From an uncultured bacterium (GTDB lineage Bacteria; Planctomycetota; UBA1135; GCA-002686595): DNA of 64,000 nt. Positions within the stretch are counted from its first letter, which is position 1. Each line of letters begins with the position of its first letter. The stretch is taken from NCBI GenBank assembly GCA_943787795.1, contig CALSNU010000004.1, positions 1 through 64,000 on the forward strand, written 5' to 3'. The notes below the pieces were generated by a model. That model made no database searches. It was not told the origin of the DNA and saw nothing but the letters and a program-made list of their open reading frames with translations. Both the position numbers and the translations under genes were made by a program. Below, one piece after another: positions 47,586-57,724 of the stretch.

Positions 47586-48107
47586 TCAGCGCTTGCTGCG
47601 GAAGAACCGCTGCAGGAGTCGCCGCGACTCCTCCGCGAGGACCCCCTCGTGGAGCTCGGCGACGTGATTCAGCCTGGGATCGGTGAGCACCGTCCCCAGG
47701 GAGGCGGCGCCCCCGAACTTGGGATCCCGCACCGACCACACCACGCGCTCGACCCGAGCATGGCTCAGGGCGCCGGCGCACATGAAGCACGGCTCCACCG
47801 TCGTGTACACGGTGGCGCCGGGGAGCCGCATGTCACCAGTCCTCTGGAAAGCGTCGCTGAGCGCGAGCATCTCCGCGTGAGCGGTGGCCTCGCCGTGGCC
47901 GCGGCAACGATTCCGGCCCGCTCCGAGGAGCGCTCCGTCCCGGACCACCACGGCCCCGATCGGTACCTCGTCCGCGTCGCGCGCTTCCTCGGCAAGCGCG
48001 AGGGCCAGCGCGATTCCGGCTCGGTCGTCGAGGAGCAGCCTCGCGCCGTGGTCCAGGACCTGTCCGCCGCTCGATCCGCCCTCGGTGCTGAGGGTCTCGT
48101 CCATCAT
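47586..48107 (-). CDS. tadA: tRNA adenosine(34) deaminase
   Basis: EVPIGAVVV, TAHAE, TVEPCFMCAGA, RLNH, LLQRFF. Confidence 0.93.
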   Translation of the reverse strand: MMDETLSTEGGSSGGQVLDHGARLLLDDRAGIALALALAEEARDADEVPIGAVVVRDGALLGAGRNRCRGHGEATAHAEMLALSDAFQRTGDMRLPGATVYTTVEPCFMCAGALSHARVERVVWSVRDPKFGGAASLGTVLTDPRLNHVAELHEGVLAEESRRLLQRFFRSKR

Positions 48108-48263
48108 CAGATTGTCAGAGGACCGCCGAGATGGTTGAGCGTCACCGGCGGCCTTCGAAGAGCTGGCCCGGTCCGGCCCAGGGTCCTGACCCGCCGACCT
48201 GAGGTGACTTGAGAGGGACCCGAGCGCGAGGGGGCGACCTGCCGCGGGTTGCGACGGGTTGAG

Positions 48264-48340
48264 TGGTACACCCGAGAGGATTCGAACCTCTAACCTCCTG
48301 ATCCGTAGTCAGGTGCTCTATCCAGTTGAGCTACGGGTGC
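48264..48340 (-). tRNA. tRNA-Arg(ACG)
   Basis: GCACCCGTAGCTCAACTGGATAGAGC-ACCTGA-CTACGGA-TCAGG...GTTCGAATCC...CCA, 77 nt. Confidence 0.97.
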
Positions 48341-48354
48341 GTTTGCGAGGCGAG

Positions 48355-48383
48355 GTTGTAGCCACGGCCGGGGCGACCGTCAA
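48355..48383 (-). promoter_or_regulatory. Sigma70-type promoter of tRNA-Arg unit
   Basis: TTGACG-17 nt-TACAAC ending 14 nt before the tRNA 5' end. Confidence 0.65.
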
Positions 48384-48804
48384 GATTCCGCGAGGGAAAG
48401 CCGTTCGCTGCTCGTCGCCTCCGGGGCAGGCCTCGAGCCCAAGCTCCCGCCGGGCGCCGCCGCCCAGGCGGGCTCCCCAGCGCCGAGCCCCTCAGGCTCC
48501 CACTCATCCCCTGGCCCCGCAGGGCCACCCCTCGGCTCCTGAAGCTGGCCCGCCCTCCTGCCAGGGGCCCCTCTCCACCGGGCACCCGATCACGCCTCGC
48601 ATCCCCGCTGACGTCGACCCTCCGCCCAGGTCGAGCCCCACGGGCTGAGCCCTCGCACAAAGAGCCGGGCCTGGGCCCCCGTAGGGACCACGGGGTGGGA
48701 CGAGGGGGCGGCGGGCAGAGGATCGCCGCCGGGGCACCCGATCGCGCTGGAACACGGCCGAATCCAGCGTAGGATCGGAGCCCTCGCTTCCCCCCGTAGA
48801 AGAA

Positions 48805-49818
48805 ATGACCAGGACCACTCAGAGTCTGATCCGCCTCCGCGACCTGTCGGAGTCCCGCCTCGAGGACATCCTCGACCTCGCCGAACGATTCAAGGCCGGC
48901 TCCCAGCGCGCCGAGCTCGCCGGGAAGTCCGTGGGCTTCCTCTTCTTCCGCGGGTCCCTGCGAACCCGTACCTCCTTCGAGGTCGCGGTCCAGCAGCTGG
49001 GCGGCCGCGGCGTCCACCTCTCGGCAGGCTCCGACTTCTGGGAGCTGGAAGCCCGAGACGGGGTGGTCATGGACGGGACCGCCCCCGAGCACGTCCGGGA
49101 CGCCGCCGCCGTGATGTCGACCTACTGTGACGCCCTGGCCATCCGCCCGAAGCCTGCGGGGAAGGCCTGGGAAGTCGACCGGCGGGATGAGGGCATCCGC
49201 GCCTGGGCCCAGAACAGCCAGGTGCCCGTGATCAACATGGAGAGCGCGCTGTGGCACCCGCTGCAGGTCCTCGCCGACCTCTTGACCCTGCGCGAGACCT
49301 TCGGCAAGGACATCAAGGGGCGCCGGCTGGCCATCGTCTGGACGCCCTCCCCCACGCCCGCCGGCCCCGCCGTCGTGCACTCGCTCCTGCACGCGGCGCT
49401 GCGCGCCGGCGCGAGCGTCTCCCTCGCCCACCCGGCGGGCTATGAGCTCGACGGCGAGGTGCTCTCCGAGGCCCGGCAGATCGCCGCCGATGCGGAGACG
49501 TCCTTCGAGGAGGTCTCGTCCGCCGACGCGGCAGCCCGAGGCGCGGACGTGATCTACGCGCGCTCTTGGGGAGCGCTCGAGAGCTACGGTCAGCCGACCA
49601 TGGCGGCCCACCGGGTCGCGCAAAGCCGCGACTGGCTCGTGGACGAGAGCCTGATGAAGCTCGGCGATGACGCCCGCCTCATGCACCCCATGCCGGTGCG
49701 CCGCAACCTCGAGGTCACCGACGAGGTCCTCGACGGGCCGCGCAGCCTGGTCTACCGACAGGCGGCGAACAGGCTTCCCACGCAAAAGGGCCTCCTCTCG
49801 CTCCTGCTCCGCGGCTGA
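48805..49818 (+). CDS. argF: N-acyl(acetyl/succinyl)ornithine carbamoyltransferase
   Basis: FFRGSLRTRTSF, WELE..DGVVMDG..PEH, INMESALWHPLQ, YARSWG, HPMPVRRNLEV. Confidence 0.85.
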   Translation: MTRTTQSLIRLRDLSESRLEDILDLAERFKAGSQRAELAGKSVGFLFFRGSLRTRTSFEVAVQQLGGRGVHLSAGSDFWELEARDGVVMDGTAPEHVRDAAAVMSTYCDALAIRPKPAGKAWEVDRRDEGIRAWAQNSQVPVINMESALWHPLQVLADLLTLRETFGKDIKGRRLAIVWTPSPTPAGPAVVHSLLHAALRAGASVSLAHPAGYELDGEVLSEARQIAADAETSFEEVSSADAAARGADVIYARSWGALESYGQPTMAAHRVAQSRDWLVDESLMKLGDDARLMHPMPVRRNLEVTDEVLDGPRSLVYRQAANRLPTQKGLLSLLLRG

Positions 49819-49918
49819 CTCCCTGTGATCGTCTCGGGGTCATTGCCGCTCCCTGACCTCGAGACCTGCTCGCCCCGGCTCCCCGGCTCCCGCCCACCAC
49901 CCCAAAGCCCCCCGCATC

Positions 49919-52900
49919 ATGGCCGCGCCCGACTTCGTCCACCTTCACGTCCACTCGGAGTACAGCCTCCTCGACGGTGCCAACCGGATCGGCGACCTCG
50001 TCAAGGCCTGCAAGACGGACGGGCAGCGCGCGCTCGCGTTGACGGATCACGGGAACATGCACGGGGCGGTAGAGCTCTACCAGAAGGCCCACGCTGGCGA
50101 CATCAAGCCGCTGCTCGGGTGCGAGGTCTACATCGCCAAGCGGTCGATGCATGAGAAGCACTCCAAGAAGAACGGCAACGGCTACAGCCACCTGACGCTG
50201 CTGGCGCGCACCAACGAGGGCTACCAGAACCTCGTCAAGCTCACGAGCGCGGGCTTCGTGGACGGCTTCCACTTCAAACCGCGCATCGACATGGATCTCC
50301 TCCGCGAGCACGCGTCGGGGATCTCTTGCCTGTCGGGCTGCCTGGCCGGCGAGATCAACCAGCTCACGCGAACAGGAAAGGAGAACGAGGCTGAGGACCT
50401 CGCCTCGGGGCTGCGGGACCTCTTCGGTCCGGAGCACTTCTGGCTCGAGCTCCAGCGCAACGGCCTCAACATTCAGGCCGACGCCAACGAGGCGCTGGTG
50501 CGGATCCACGAGCGCACCGGCATCCCCCTCGTCGCCACCAACGACATCCACTACCTGCGAGCCGAGGACTGCCACGCTCAGGATGTCCTGCTCTGCATCA
50601 ACACCGGGGCCAAGAAGGACGAGAAGGACCGCTTCCGCTTCGAGACCGACACGCTGTTCTTCAAGTCGCGGGAGGAGATGTCGCACATGTTCCGCGACCT
50701 CCCCGACTCTGTGAAGGCGACCAACGACGTGGCGGACCAGGTCGACGTCAAGCTCACCTTTGGGGAGTACCACGTTCCGGAGTTCGAGAGCGGGACGGGC
50801 GAGACCGCGGACGCGCTCTTCGACCGACTGCTCGAGGAGCGCCTGGTCGAGCTCTACGGAACGGACAGCCAGGCGGCCCGGGATCGCCTCGAGCGCGAGA
50901 AGTCGATCATCCGGGAGCTGGGCTTCGTCTCGTACTTCCTCATCGTCTGGGACCTGATCAAGTGGGCCCGCGACCACGACATCGCCGTCGGCCCCGGCCG
51001 CGGCTCCGCGGCCGGCTCCATCGTCGCGTACCTGCTCGACATCACCCGCCTCTGCCCCCTCAAGTACGACCTGCTCTTCGAGCGCTTCCTGAACTCGAGC
51101 CGCGTCTCGATGCCCGACATCGACATCGACTTCTGCAAGGAGGGTCGCGAGCGGGTGATCGAGTACACGCGAGAGAGGTACGGTCGCGAGTGCGTCACCC
51201 AGATCGTGACGTTCGGGACGATGGCCTCTCGGACGGTGGTCCGGGACGTCGGGCGGGTCCTCGACTTGCCCCTCAACGAGATCAACAAGATCTCGAAGAA
51301 GATCCCCGCGGGTCCGGGCGCGCCGCCGCTGGCGAAGGCGCTGGAAGAGGACAGTGACCTCCAGGCGTTCCGAGACCAGGGGCCTCGGTGGAAGGAGCTG
51401 TTCCAGTACTCGGTGTCCCTCGAGGGCATGTCCCGCCACGTGTCGACCCACGCCGCCGGCGTGGTCATCACCCCCGGGCCGACGGTGGACTACGTCCCGC
51501 TGGGCCGCAACGGCGATGACATCACCACCCAGTACCCTGCGCCGCAGCTCGAGGAGCTCGGGCTCCTCAAGATGGACTACCTGGGGCTCCGGACCCTGAC
51601 CATCATCGAGCGCTGCCTGGACAACATCCGCCGGCGAGGACTTGAGGCGCCCGTCATGGACGAGCTGCCCCTCGACGACCCCGGCGTCTTCCAGCTGCTC
51701 ATGGCCGGTGACACGCTCGGCGTGTTCCAGCTCGAGTCCGAGGGCATGCGCAAGCTCCTCTCACGGCTCAAGCCGGACTGCTTCGACGACGTGATCGCCG
51801 TGCTGGCGCTCTACCGACCGGGCCCCCTCGAGTCCGGAATGGTCGACATGTTCGTCGACCGAAAGCACGGGCGGGAGGAGATCTCCTACCCCCACGAGAG
51901 CCTCATCCCGATCCTCGACAGCACCTACGGTTGCCTCGTCTATCAGGAGCAGGTGATGCTCGCCTCGGTGGAGCTGTCGGGCTTCTCGCTGAACGACGCA
52001 GACAATCTGCGGAAGGCGATGGGCAAGAAGAAGCCGGAGATCATGCAGAAGTTCTCGGCCCAGTTCATCGAGGGCGCCGTGGCCAACGGCTGCGTCGAGG
52101 ACATTGCGCGGAACACCTGGGACAACATCATCAAGTTCGGCGGGTACGGCTTCAACAAGTCCCACTCTGCGGCCTACGCGCTGATCACTTATCAGACCGC
52201 CTACCTCAAGGCCCATCACCGGACGGACTTCCTCGCGGCGAACTTCTCCTGCGAGATGAGCGACTCCAACAAGATCAAGGACTTCATCGACGACTCGAAG
52301 CGGTCCGACATCTCGATCCTGATGCCGAGCGCCATCGAGTCCGAGTGGGAGTTTCGCCCCACCACCACCGACGACGGCGGCGAGGCCATCCGCTTCGGCA
52401 TTGGCGCAGTGAAGGGGACCGGGCGCGCGGCGATCGAGGCGATGGTCGCGACCCGCAGCGAGCTCGAAGAGAAGGAGGACCCGCTCAACTTCCACTCCCT
52501 CGTGACCGCGGTTGACCCCCACGACATGGGCAAGATTGCCTGGGAGGCCCTCATCAAGTCCGGCGCCTTCGACGAGCTGGGGCACAACAGAGGCTCACTC
52601 CTCGCCGCGCTGGACTCGGCCATGACGGACGCGAGCAGCGCCGCCAAGGACCGGCGAAGCGGACAGTCCTCCATGTTCGACGCCTTCGGAGGCGCCGAGG
52701 AGCCCGAGGATGACCATGAGGTCGGCATCGACGACAGCTTCGCGATCGAGAAGGCCGAGGCGCTCAGGCTCGAGTACGAGGTGCTCGGTTTCTACCTCTC
52801 CGGACACCCCCTCGAGGAGCGCGCGGGGCTGGTGTCGCTGCTCTCCTCGTGCCCCATCCGCAAGCTCCCGGAGCTCGCCAGCCGCGAGGGCACCGTCCGA

Positions 52901-53398
52901 CTCGCAGGCCTCGTCCTGCAGAAGGCCGAGCTCGTGGTGAAGTCTGGCCGCATGGCGGGCTCGAAGATGTGCCGCTTCCGTCTCGAGGACCTCTCGGGGT
53001 CTGTGGGCGTCACATGCTTCCCGCGAACCTACGAGACCGCCAGGGATCTCATCGAGGACGGCGCGGTCCTGTTCTGTACCGGCAAGCTGGAGGACGGGGC
53101 CGACGAGCCGGCCATGCTCCTGGATGAGGTCATGAGCCTCTCCGACGCCCTCAAGCGCTTCCGCGGCGGGCTGGAACTCAAGGTCTCCCCCGCCGACCGC
53201 GGCAAGCTCAAGGACCTCAGGGACATGTGCGCGCGCCACCCTGGCGAGAACCCCCTCTTCTTCCAGGCCCTGGGCGAGGATGGCTTCACGCGACGCGTCC
53301 GCGCGAGCAAGGAGCGCGGCGTCACCATCTCCGAGGAGTTGGCAGGCGAGCTGTGCGACCTCCTCGGACATGACCGGGTCGGCATCGTACGGGTCTGA
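49919..53398 (+). CDS. dnaE: DNA polymerase III alpha subunit
   Basis: FVHLHVHSEYSLLDG, GPGRGSAAGS, PDIDIDF, LLKMDYLGL, YGFNKSH, GFYLSGHPL. Confidence 0.98.
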   Translation: MAAPDFVHLHVHSEYSLLDGANRIGDLVKACKTDGQRALALTDHGNMHGAVELYQKAHAGDIKPLLGCEVYIAKRSMHEKHSKKNGNGYSHLTLLARTNEGYQNLVKLTSAGFVDGFHFKPRIDMDLLREHASGISCLSGCLAGEINQLTRTGKENEAEDLASGLRDLFGPEHFWLELQRNGLNIQADANEALVRIHERTGIPLVATNDIHYLRAEDCHAQDVLLCINTGAKKDEKDRFRFETDTLFFKSREEMSHMFRDLPDSVKATNDVADQVDVKLTFGEYHVPEFESGTGETADALFDRLLEERLVELYGTDSQAARDRLEREKSIIRELGFVSYFLIVWDLIKWARDHDIAVGPGRGSAAGSIVAYLLDITRLCPLKYDLLFERFLNSSRVSMPDIDIDFCKEGRERVIEYTRERYGRECVTQIVTFGTMASRTVVRDVGRVLDLPLNEINKISKKIPAGPGAPPLAKALEEDSDLQAFRDQGPRWKELFQYSVSLEGMSRHVSTHAAGVVITPGPTVDYVPLGRNGDDITTQYPAPQLEELGLLKMDYLGLRTLTIIERCLDNIRRRGLEAPVMDELPLDDPGVFQLLMAGDTLGVFQLESEGMRKLLSRLKPDCFDDVIAVLALYRPGPLESGMVDMFVDRKHGREEISYPHESLIPILDSTYGCLVYQEQVMLASVELSGFSLNDADNLRKAMGKKKPEIMQKFSAQFIEGAVANGCVEDIARNTWDNIIKFGGYGFNKSHSAAYALITYQTAYLKAHHRTDFLAANFSCEMSDSNKIKDFIDDSKRSDISILMPSAIESEWEFRPTTTDDGGEAIRFGIGAVKGTGRAAIEAMVATRSELEEKEDPLNFHSLVTAVDPHDMGKIAWEALIKSGAFDELGHNRGSLLAALDSAMTDASSAAKDRRSGQSSMFDAFGGAEEPEDDHEVGIDDSFAIEKAEALRLEYEVLGFYLSGHPLEERAGLVSLLSSCPIRKLPELASREGTVRLAGLVLQKAELVVKSGRMAGSKMCRFRLEDLSGSVGVTCFPRTYETARDLIEDGAVLFCTGKLEDGADEPAMLLDEVMSLSDALKRFRGGLELKVSPADRGKLKDLRDMCARHPGENPLFFQALGEDGFTRRVRASKERGVTISEELAGELCDLLGHDRVGIVRV

Positions 53399-53532
53399 CG
53401 AGGTCCTCGCGGGCCTGACGGGCCCTGCCAGGTCTCGCCGGCCTGAGGGGCCCTGCCCGTCCTCGCCGCCCTGATGGAACAGAGGCGGCGCCCGGTCAGC
53501 GCTGATGCTGATGAGGGCCCGACCGGCCCGGA

Positions 53533-53612
53533 GCTGAACCTGCTCGAGGCTGAGTCTGCTCGGGGCTGAACCTGTTCGAGGCGGGGCGTGATCCGGACTG
53601 GACCTGCTCGGG
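53533..53612. repeat. 16-bp-period repeat in dnaE/adk convergent spacer
   Basis: gctgaacctgctcgag / gctgagtctgctcggg / gctgaacctgttcgag / 16 unrelated nt / actggacctgctcggg. Confidence 0.7.
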
Positions 53613-53645
53613 GCCGAGCCCCGAGGGGAGGGCTGACCAAGACAA

Positions 53646-53677
53646 ACGGCGACCGTTCCCCGGGGAACAGCCGCCGT
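53646..53677 (-). terminator. Terminator after adk (end of ribosomal cluster)
   Basis: Minus strand acggcggctgttccc-cg-gggaacggtcgccgt followed by TTGTCTT. Confidence 0.65.
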
Positions 53678-53723
53678 CTTGTGCGTCTTGAGGCCAGCGA
53701 GTGGCCCCCGTGGCGGGTCGCCG

Positions 53724-54296
53724 TCAGACCACCGCCCGGATGCGCTCGGCGACCTCTTCGATGGAACCGACGCCGTCGACGAAGTGGAGCGGGACCTCGC
53801 CCTGCCCCTCGTAGTAGGCGACGCAGGGCTCCGACTGGTCCTTGTAGGTCGCGATGCGGCGCTTGATGACCTCGGGGTCCGCGTCGTCCGCGCGGCTCTC
53901 CTTCTCCGCGCGCCCCTTGAGCCGCGCCATGAGCTCGTCATCCGGGACGGTGAGCACCACCACCCCGGCCAGCTTGGTCCCCTTCCCGGCGAGAAACCCG
54001 TCGAGCCAGGCCGCCTGCGGCACGTTGCGCGGGAAGCCGTCCAGGAGCACACCACCGGCGACGTCGCTCTGATGGAGACGATCCGCCACGAGGCGGTTCG
54101 TCAGCGAATCAGGTACGAGCGTCCCGGACGCGAGGAGACTCTGGACCTCCTTGCCGAGGTCCGTGCCCCCCTGGATGTTCGCGCGAAACATATCCCCAGT
54201 GGAGACGTGAGGCACGTCCAGGTGCTCCTTGAGCGAATGGGCCTGCGTGCCCTTCCCCGCTGCGGGAGGACCGAAGATCAGGAAGTGGCGAGTCAC
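53724..54296 (-). CDS. adk: Adenylate kinase (short, LID-less type)
   Basis: GPPAAGKGTQ, HVSTGDMFR, LLDGFPRN, RADD; GTG start 54296. Confidence 0.95.
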   Translation of the reverse strand: MTRHFLIFGPPAAGKGTQAHSLKEHLDVPHVSTGDMFRANIQGGTDLGKEVQSLLASGTLVPDSLTNRLVADRLHQSDVAGGVLLDGFPRNVPQAAWLDGFLAGKGTKLAGVVVLTVPDDELMARLKGRAEKESRADDADPEVIKRRIATYKDQSEPCVAYYEGQGEVPLHFVDGVGSIEEVAERIRAVV

Positions 54297-54306
54297 TGGC
54301 GACGGC

Positions 54307-54711
54307 TCACTCGGCAGCGGTCTCGGGCTCAGCCACGACCTCTTCGCGAGGCGTCCGCTCGACGAACTCCAGGATCGCACGCTCGCCGTTGTCGCCGAGG
54401 CGGCGCTTGGCAAGCTTGATGATCCGGCAGTAGCCGCCAGGACGCTCCGAGAAACGCGGACCGAGCACGTCGAACAGCTTGATGGTGCCGTCCTTGCTGC
54501 GCAACTTCGAGAACGCGCGGCGGCGGTTGTGCTGAGAGGGGTCCTTGGCCATCGTCACCAGCTTCTCGACGAAGGGCTTGACGGCCTTCGCCTTCTGAAC
54601 GGTGGTGATGATGCGCTCGTGCTCGATCAGCGACGCAGCCATGTTTCGAGTCATGGCAATACGGTGACTGGTGGTTCGGCCGAGCTTGTAACCGGCAACG
54701 CGGTGTCGCAT
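54307..54711 (-). CDS. rplQ: 50S ribosomal protein L17
   Basis: [26 protein letters not shown]. Confidence 0.98.
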   Translation of the reverse strand: MRHRVAGYKLGRTTSHRIAMTRNMAASLIEHERIITTVQKAKAVKPFVEKLVTMAKDPSQHNRRRAFSKLRSKDGTIKLFDVLGPRFSERPGGYCRIIKLAKRRLGDNGERAILEFVERTPREEVVAEPETAAE

Positions 54712-54821
54712 GGGTCTTTCGTGGTCTCGCGCCCACCGTTGACCGGCAGACGTCCCCGTTAGAGGGGATCTTCAGGGGGGTGTCGGGAGCGGCCGGAGTC
54801 GGCCGCGCCCGTCGTTCAGGT

Positions 54822-55814
54822 TCAGTCGACGCGCATGCCCAGCGACAGGCCGCGCTCCGCGAGCTTGGCCTTGATCTCCGTGAGGGAGGTCTTGCCGAGG
54901 TTCTTGAGGTTGATGACGTCGTTCTCCGACATCGTCACGAGGTCGTAGAGGGTCTGCAGGTTGGCGCCGTCCAGGCAGTTACGGGCGCGGACGGACAGCT
55001 CCAGCTCTGCGATGGGCGCCTCGAGGAGGCGAGTCAACTCGCTGTCCTCCTGACGCTTGGGGTTGAACTCCGACGACTGAGGAGTCTCCAGCAGCGGCGT
55101 CCCGTCCCTCGTCTCACCCTGGAGGATGAACGGGTTGAGGTGCTTGCGGTAGATCTTGGCGGCCTCGGTCAGCGCCAGCTGGGGCGTCACCGTGCCATCC
55201 GTCCAGACCTCCAAGATCAGCCGGTCGTAGTTCGTGAACTTGCCGACGCGGGTGGCCTCGATGGAGTATCGAACGCGCTGCACGGGCGAGTAGCTCGAGT
55301 CGACCGGGATCGTACCGAGCTCCTGCCCCTCCATGCGGTTCTCCTCTGCGGGCATGTAGCCACGGCCGCGCTGCACCTCGAGCTCGATGTCGAGCTCGCG
55401 GTCCATCGTGAGCGTGCAGATGTGGAGGTCCTCGTTGATGACCTGCGCTCCACCTTCACACTCCACGTCTGCGCCCGTCACCGCACCTTCGCTCGAGCGC
55501 TGGATGCGGCAGGTGATGACATCATCCCCGTCGTACTCCACGCGCAGGCGCTTCAGGTTCAGGATGATGTCGGCGACGTCCTCGTAGACGCCTTCGAGGC
55601 TATCGAACTCGTGGTTCGCGCCCTCGATACGGACGGCCGTGACGGCGCAGCCCTCGATGGACGAGAGCAGGACTCGACGCAGGCCATTGCCGATGGTGTG
55701 CCCGAAGCCACGCTCAAAGGGATCGATCAGGAACCGACCGTATTCTTCGGTCAGCGACTCCTGCTCAGCCTCGACGCGCGAGGGAAGTTCAAAGTTACGC
55801 CAGCGGATCCTCAT
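54822..55814 (-). CDS. rpoA: RNA polymerase alpha subunit
   Basis: PFERGFGHTIGNGLRRVLLSS, ELSVRARNCL, KNLGKTSL. Confidence 0.98.
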   Translation of the reverse strand: MRIRWRNFELPSRVEAEQESLTEEYGRFLIDPFERGFGHTIGNGLRRVLLSSIEGCAVTAVRIEGANHEFDSLEGVYEDVADIILNLKRLRVEYDGDDVITCRIQRSSEGAVTGADVECEGGAQVINEDLHICTLTMDRELDIELEVQRGRGYMPAEENRMEGQELGTIPVDSSYSPVQRVRYSIEATRVGKFTNYDRLILEVWTDGTVTPQLALTEAAKIYRKHLNPFILQGETRDGTPLLETPQSSEFNPKRQEDSELTRLLEAPIAELELSVRARNCLDGANLQTLYDLVTMSENDVINLKNLGKTSLTEIKAKLAERGLSLGMRVD

Positions 55815-56001
55815 TTTCTTGGGCCCTCTAAGAGGGAACGGCCAGGAGCGGCAGCGCCGCGGCCTTGATGCCGTATGGGGGGATTCGGAGTTGAAAGGGG
55901 GACGGTTTGGGGGGAGCGCCGCGACCGCTGAACCACCCCACGGAGGGGCGGGTCGTCAGCCGCGGAGCCAACCATCGTGAGCTCCGAAGAGCTCACTCGA
56001 A

Positions 56002-56631
56002 TCACTTGGAGCAGAGCTCGACGATGAGCTGCTCCTGGATCGGGAACTGGAAGTCTTCGCGCTTGGGCAGCGAGGAGACAGAGATCGCCATTCCGTCGGC
56101 GTCAACGCTGAGCCAGTCCGGCTGAAGGCCGCCCTTGTTCACGTCAATGAAGCCAGAGATGATCTTCTTGGTGTTCTCCTTGTCGCGCGGCTGGAGCACG
56201 TCGCCAGGACGGACACGGTACGACGGGATCGTCACGCGCTTGCCGTTCACGAGGAAGTGGCCGTGGTTGACCATCTGCCGCGCCTGAGCGAGGGTCGTCG
56301 CGAAGCCTCCGGCCAGCACGACGTTGTCCATCCGGCGGCTGAGGAGGGCGAGCAGGTTCTCACCTGTGTTGCCCTTCATGCGCTCGGCCTCGGCGAAGTA
56401 GCGCTTGAACTGACGTTCAAGCACGCCGAAGACGCGCTTCAGCTTCTGCTTCTCCCGCAGGCGGACACCGTACTCGGTGACCTTACGCCGGCTCTGCGCG
56501 TGAACTCCGGGCGGGTAATCCCGACGCTGGAGCACGGCCACTTTGCCGCTCGAGGTGTTCTGGCCGAGGAAGAAGAGGTTCATCCCCTCTCGACGGCACT
56601 GCTTGATCTTGGGTCCGGTGTAACGAGCCAT
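56002..56631 (-). CDS. rpsD: 30S ribosomal protein S4
   Basis: MARYTGP, LREKQK, ARQMVNHGH, IPSY. Confidence 0.98.
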   Translation of the reverse strand: MARYTGPKIKQCRREGMNLFFLGQNTSSGKVAVLQRRDYPPGVHAQSRRKVTEYGVRLREKQKLKRVFGVLERQFKRYFAEAERMKGNTGENLLALLSRRMDNVVLAGGFATTLAQARQMVNHGHFLVNGKRVTIPSYRVRPGDVLQPRDKENTKKIISGFIDVNKGGLQPDWLSVDADGMAISVSSLPKREDFQFPIQEQLIVELCSK

Positions 56632-56684
56632 ATTGGTCCTAGGCTGGTCCTGGTCCTACTTGGTGAGCTGCGCGAAAAGCGCGA

Positions 56685-57065
56685 TCAGACGCGGCGACGC
56701 TTCTTAGCGCGGCAGCCGTTGTGCGGAAGCGGGGTGACGTCCTCGATGGAGGACACGCGGAGACCGGCGTTTGCCAGGGCTCGGACGGCCGACTCGCGAC
56801 CAGATCCAGCGCCCTTGACGCGCACCTCGACCTCCTTGAGGCCATGACGCATGGCGGCCTGAGCCGCGTTATCTGCAGCGCGCTGGGCGGCGAAGGGGGT
56901 GCTCTTACGAGTCCCCTTGAAGCCCTGACTGCCTGCGGTGCCCCACGAAATCGTGTTGCCCGCGGGATCGGTGATCGTCACGTGAGTGTTGTTGAAAGAC
57001 GACTTCACGTGGACGATGCCCTTGACGATGTTCTTCTTCGCCTTGCGCTTCGTGCTCTTAGCCAT
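56685..57065 (-). CDS. rpsK: 30S ribosomal protein S11
   Basis: [24 protein letters not shown]. Confidence 0.98.
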   Translation of the reverse strand: MAKSTKRKAKKNIVKGIVHVKSSFNNTHVTITDPAGNTISWGTAGSQGFKGTRKSTPFAAQRAADNAAQAAMRHGLKEVEVRVKGAGSGRESAVRALANAGLRVSSIEDVTPLPHNGCRAKKRRRV

Positions 57066-57148
57066 GGATCTGTATCGGGTCGGAGTGCAGGTTCAGCGAG
57101 CGGAGCTCGCCAAGGCCTGCGGGGTGTTTCGGGGTGCCGTGCGCTCGG

Positions 57149-57526
57149 TCACTTCTTGATGGACTTCTTGCCAGCGACCGTCTTCTTCGGTCCCTTGCGC
57201 GAACGGGCGTTGGTCCGGGTCCTTTGACCGCGCACCGGGAGGCCGCGCCGGTGACGAAGGCCGCGGTAGCAGCCGATGTCACGGAGGCGTGTGATGGCCT
57301 GCGCCAGGGAACGCCGAAGTTCTCCCTCGACGTTGTAGTTCTTCTGCAGGTGCGTCGCGATCGCGGTGACCTGCTCCTCGTTGAGGTCCCGGGACTTCAT
57401 GCCCGGGTCGAGGTTGAGGTCGCGACAGACGTCCAGGGCCGTCTTGCGGCCTACGCCGAAGATGTAGGTCAGGCTGATCTCCAAACGTTTGTCGTTCGGA
57501 ATGTCGACGCCGATGACGCGTGCCAT
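57149..57526 (-). CDS. rpsM: 30S ribosomal protein S13
   Basis: [32 protein letters not shown]. Confidence 0.98.
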   Translation of the reverse strand: MARVIGVDIPNDKRLEISLTYIFGVGRKTALDVCRDLNLDPGMKSRDLNEEQVTAIATHLQKNYNVEGELRRSLAQAITRLRDIGCYRGLRHRRGLPVRGQRTRTNARSRKGPKKTVAGKKSIKK

Positions 57527-57604
57527 TGGATGGTGGGGTGAGGGGATGCTGTCCGGCGGTTAGAGCCGGACGGGTCGCTGGTGGAATGAGGGGGGCGCGG
57601 GGGC

Positions 57605-57724
57605 TTACTTGCCCTGGCGCTGCTTGTGACGGGGGTCCGCGTTGCAGATGACTCGCACCACGCCGCGACGGCGGACGATCTTGCAGGAGGAGCACATGCG
57701 ACGGACGCTGCTTCGAACTTTCAT
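57605..57724 (-). CDS. rpmJ: 50S ribosomal protein L36 (Zn-ribbon type)
   Basis: Below ORF-track cutoff; manual translation [43 protein letters not shown] overlap with infA stop. Confidence 0.96.
   Translation of the reverse strand: MKVRSSVRRMCSSCKIVRRRGVVRVICNADPRHKQRQGK

Noticed and set aside
49919..53398. Intein in DnaE
   Set aside because: Length (1159 aa) and motif spacing are normal; no intein junction seen
53533..53612. CRISPR array
   Set aside because: Units are 16 bp, mostly contiguous and degenerate; no regular spacers and no cas genes in the window
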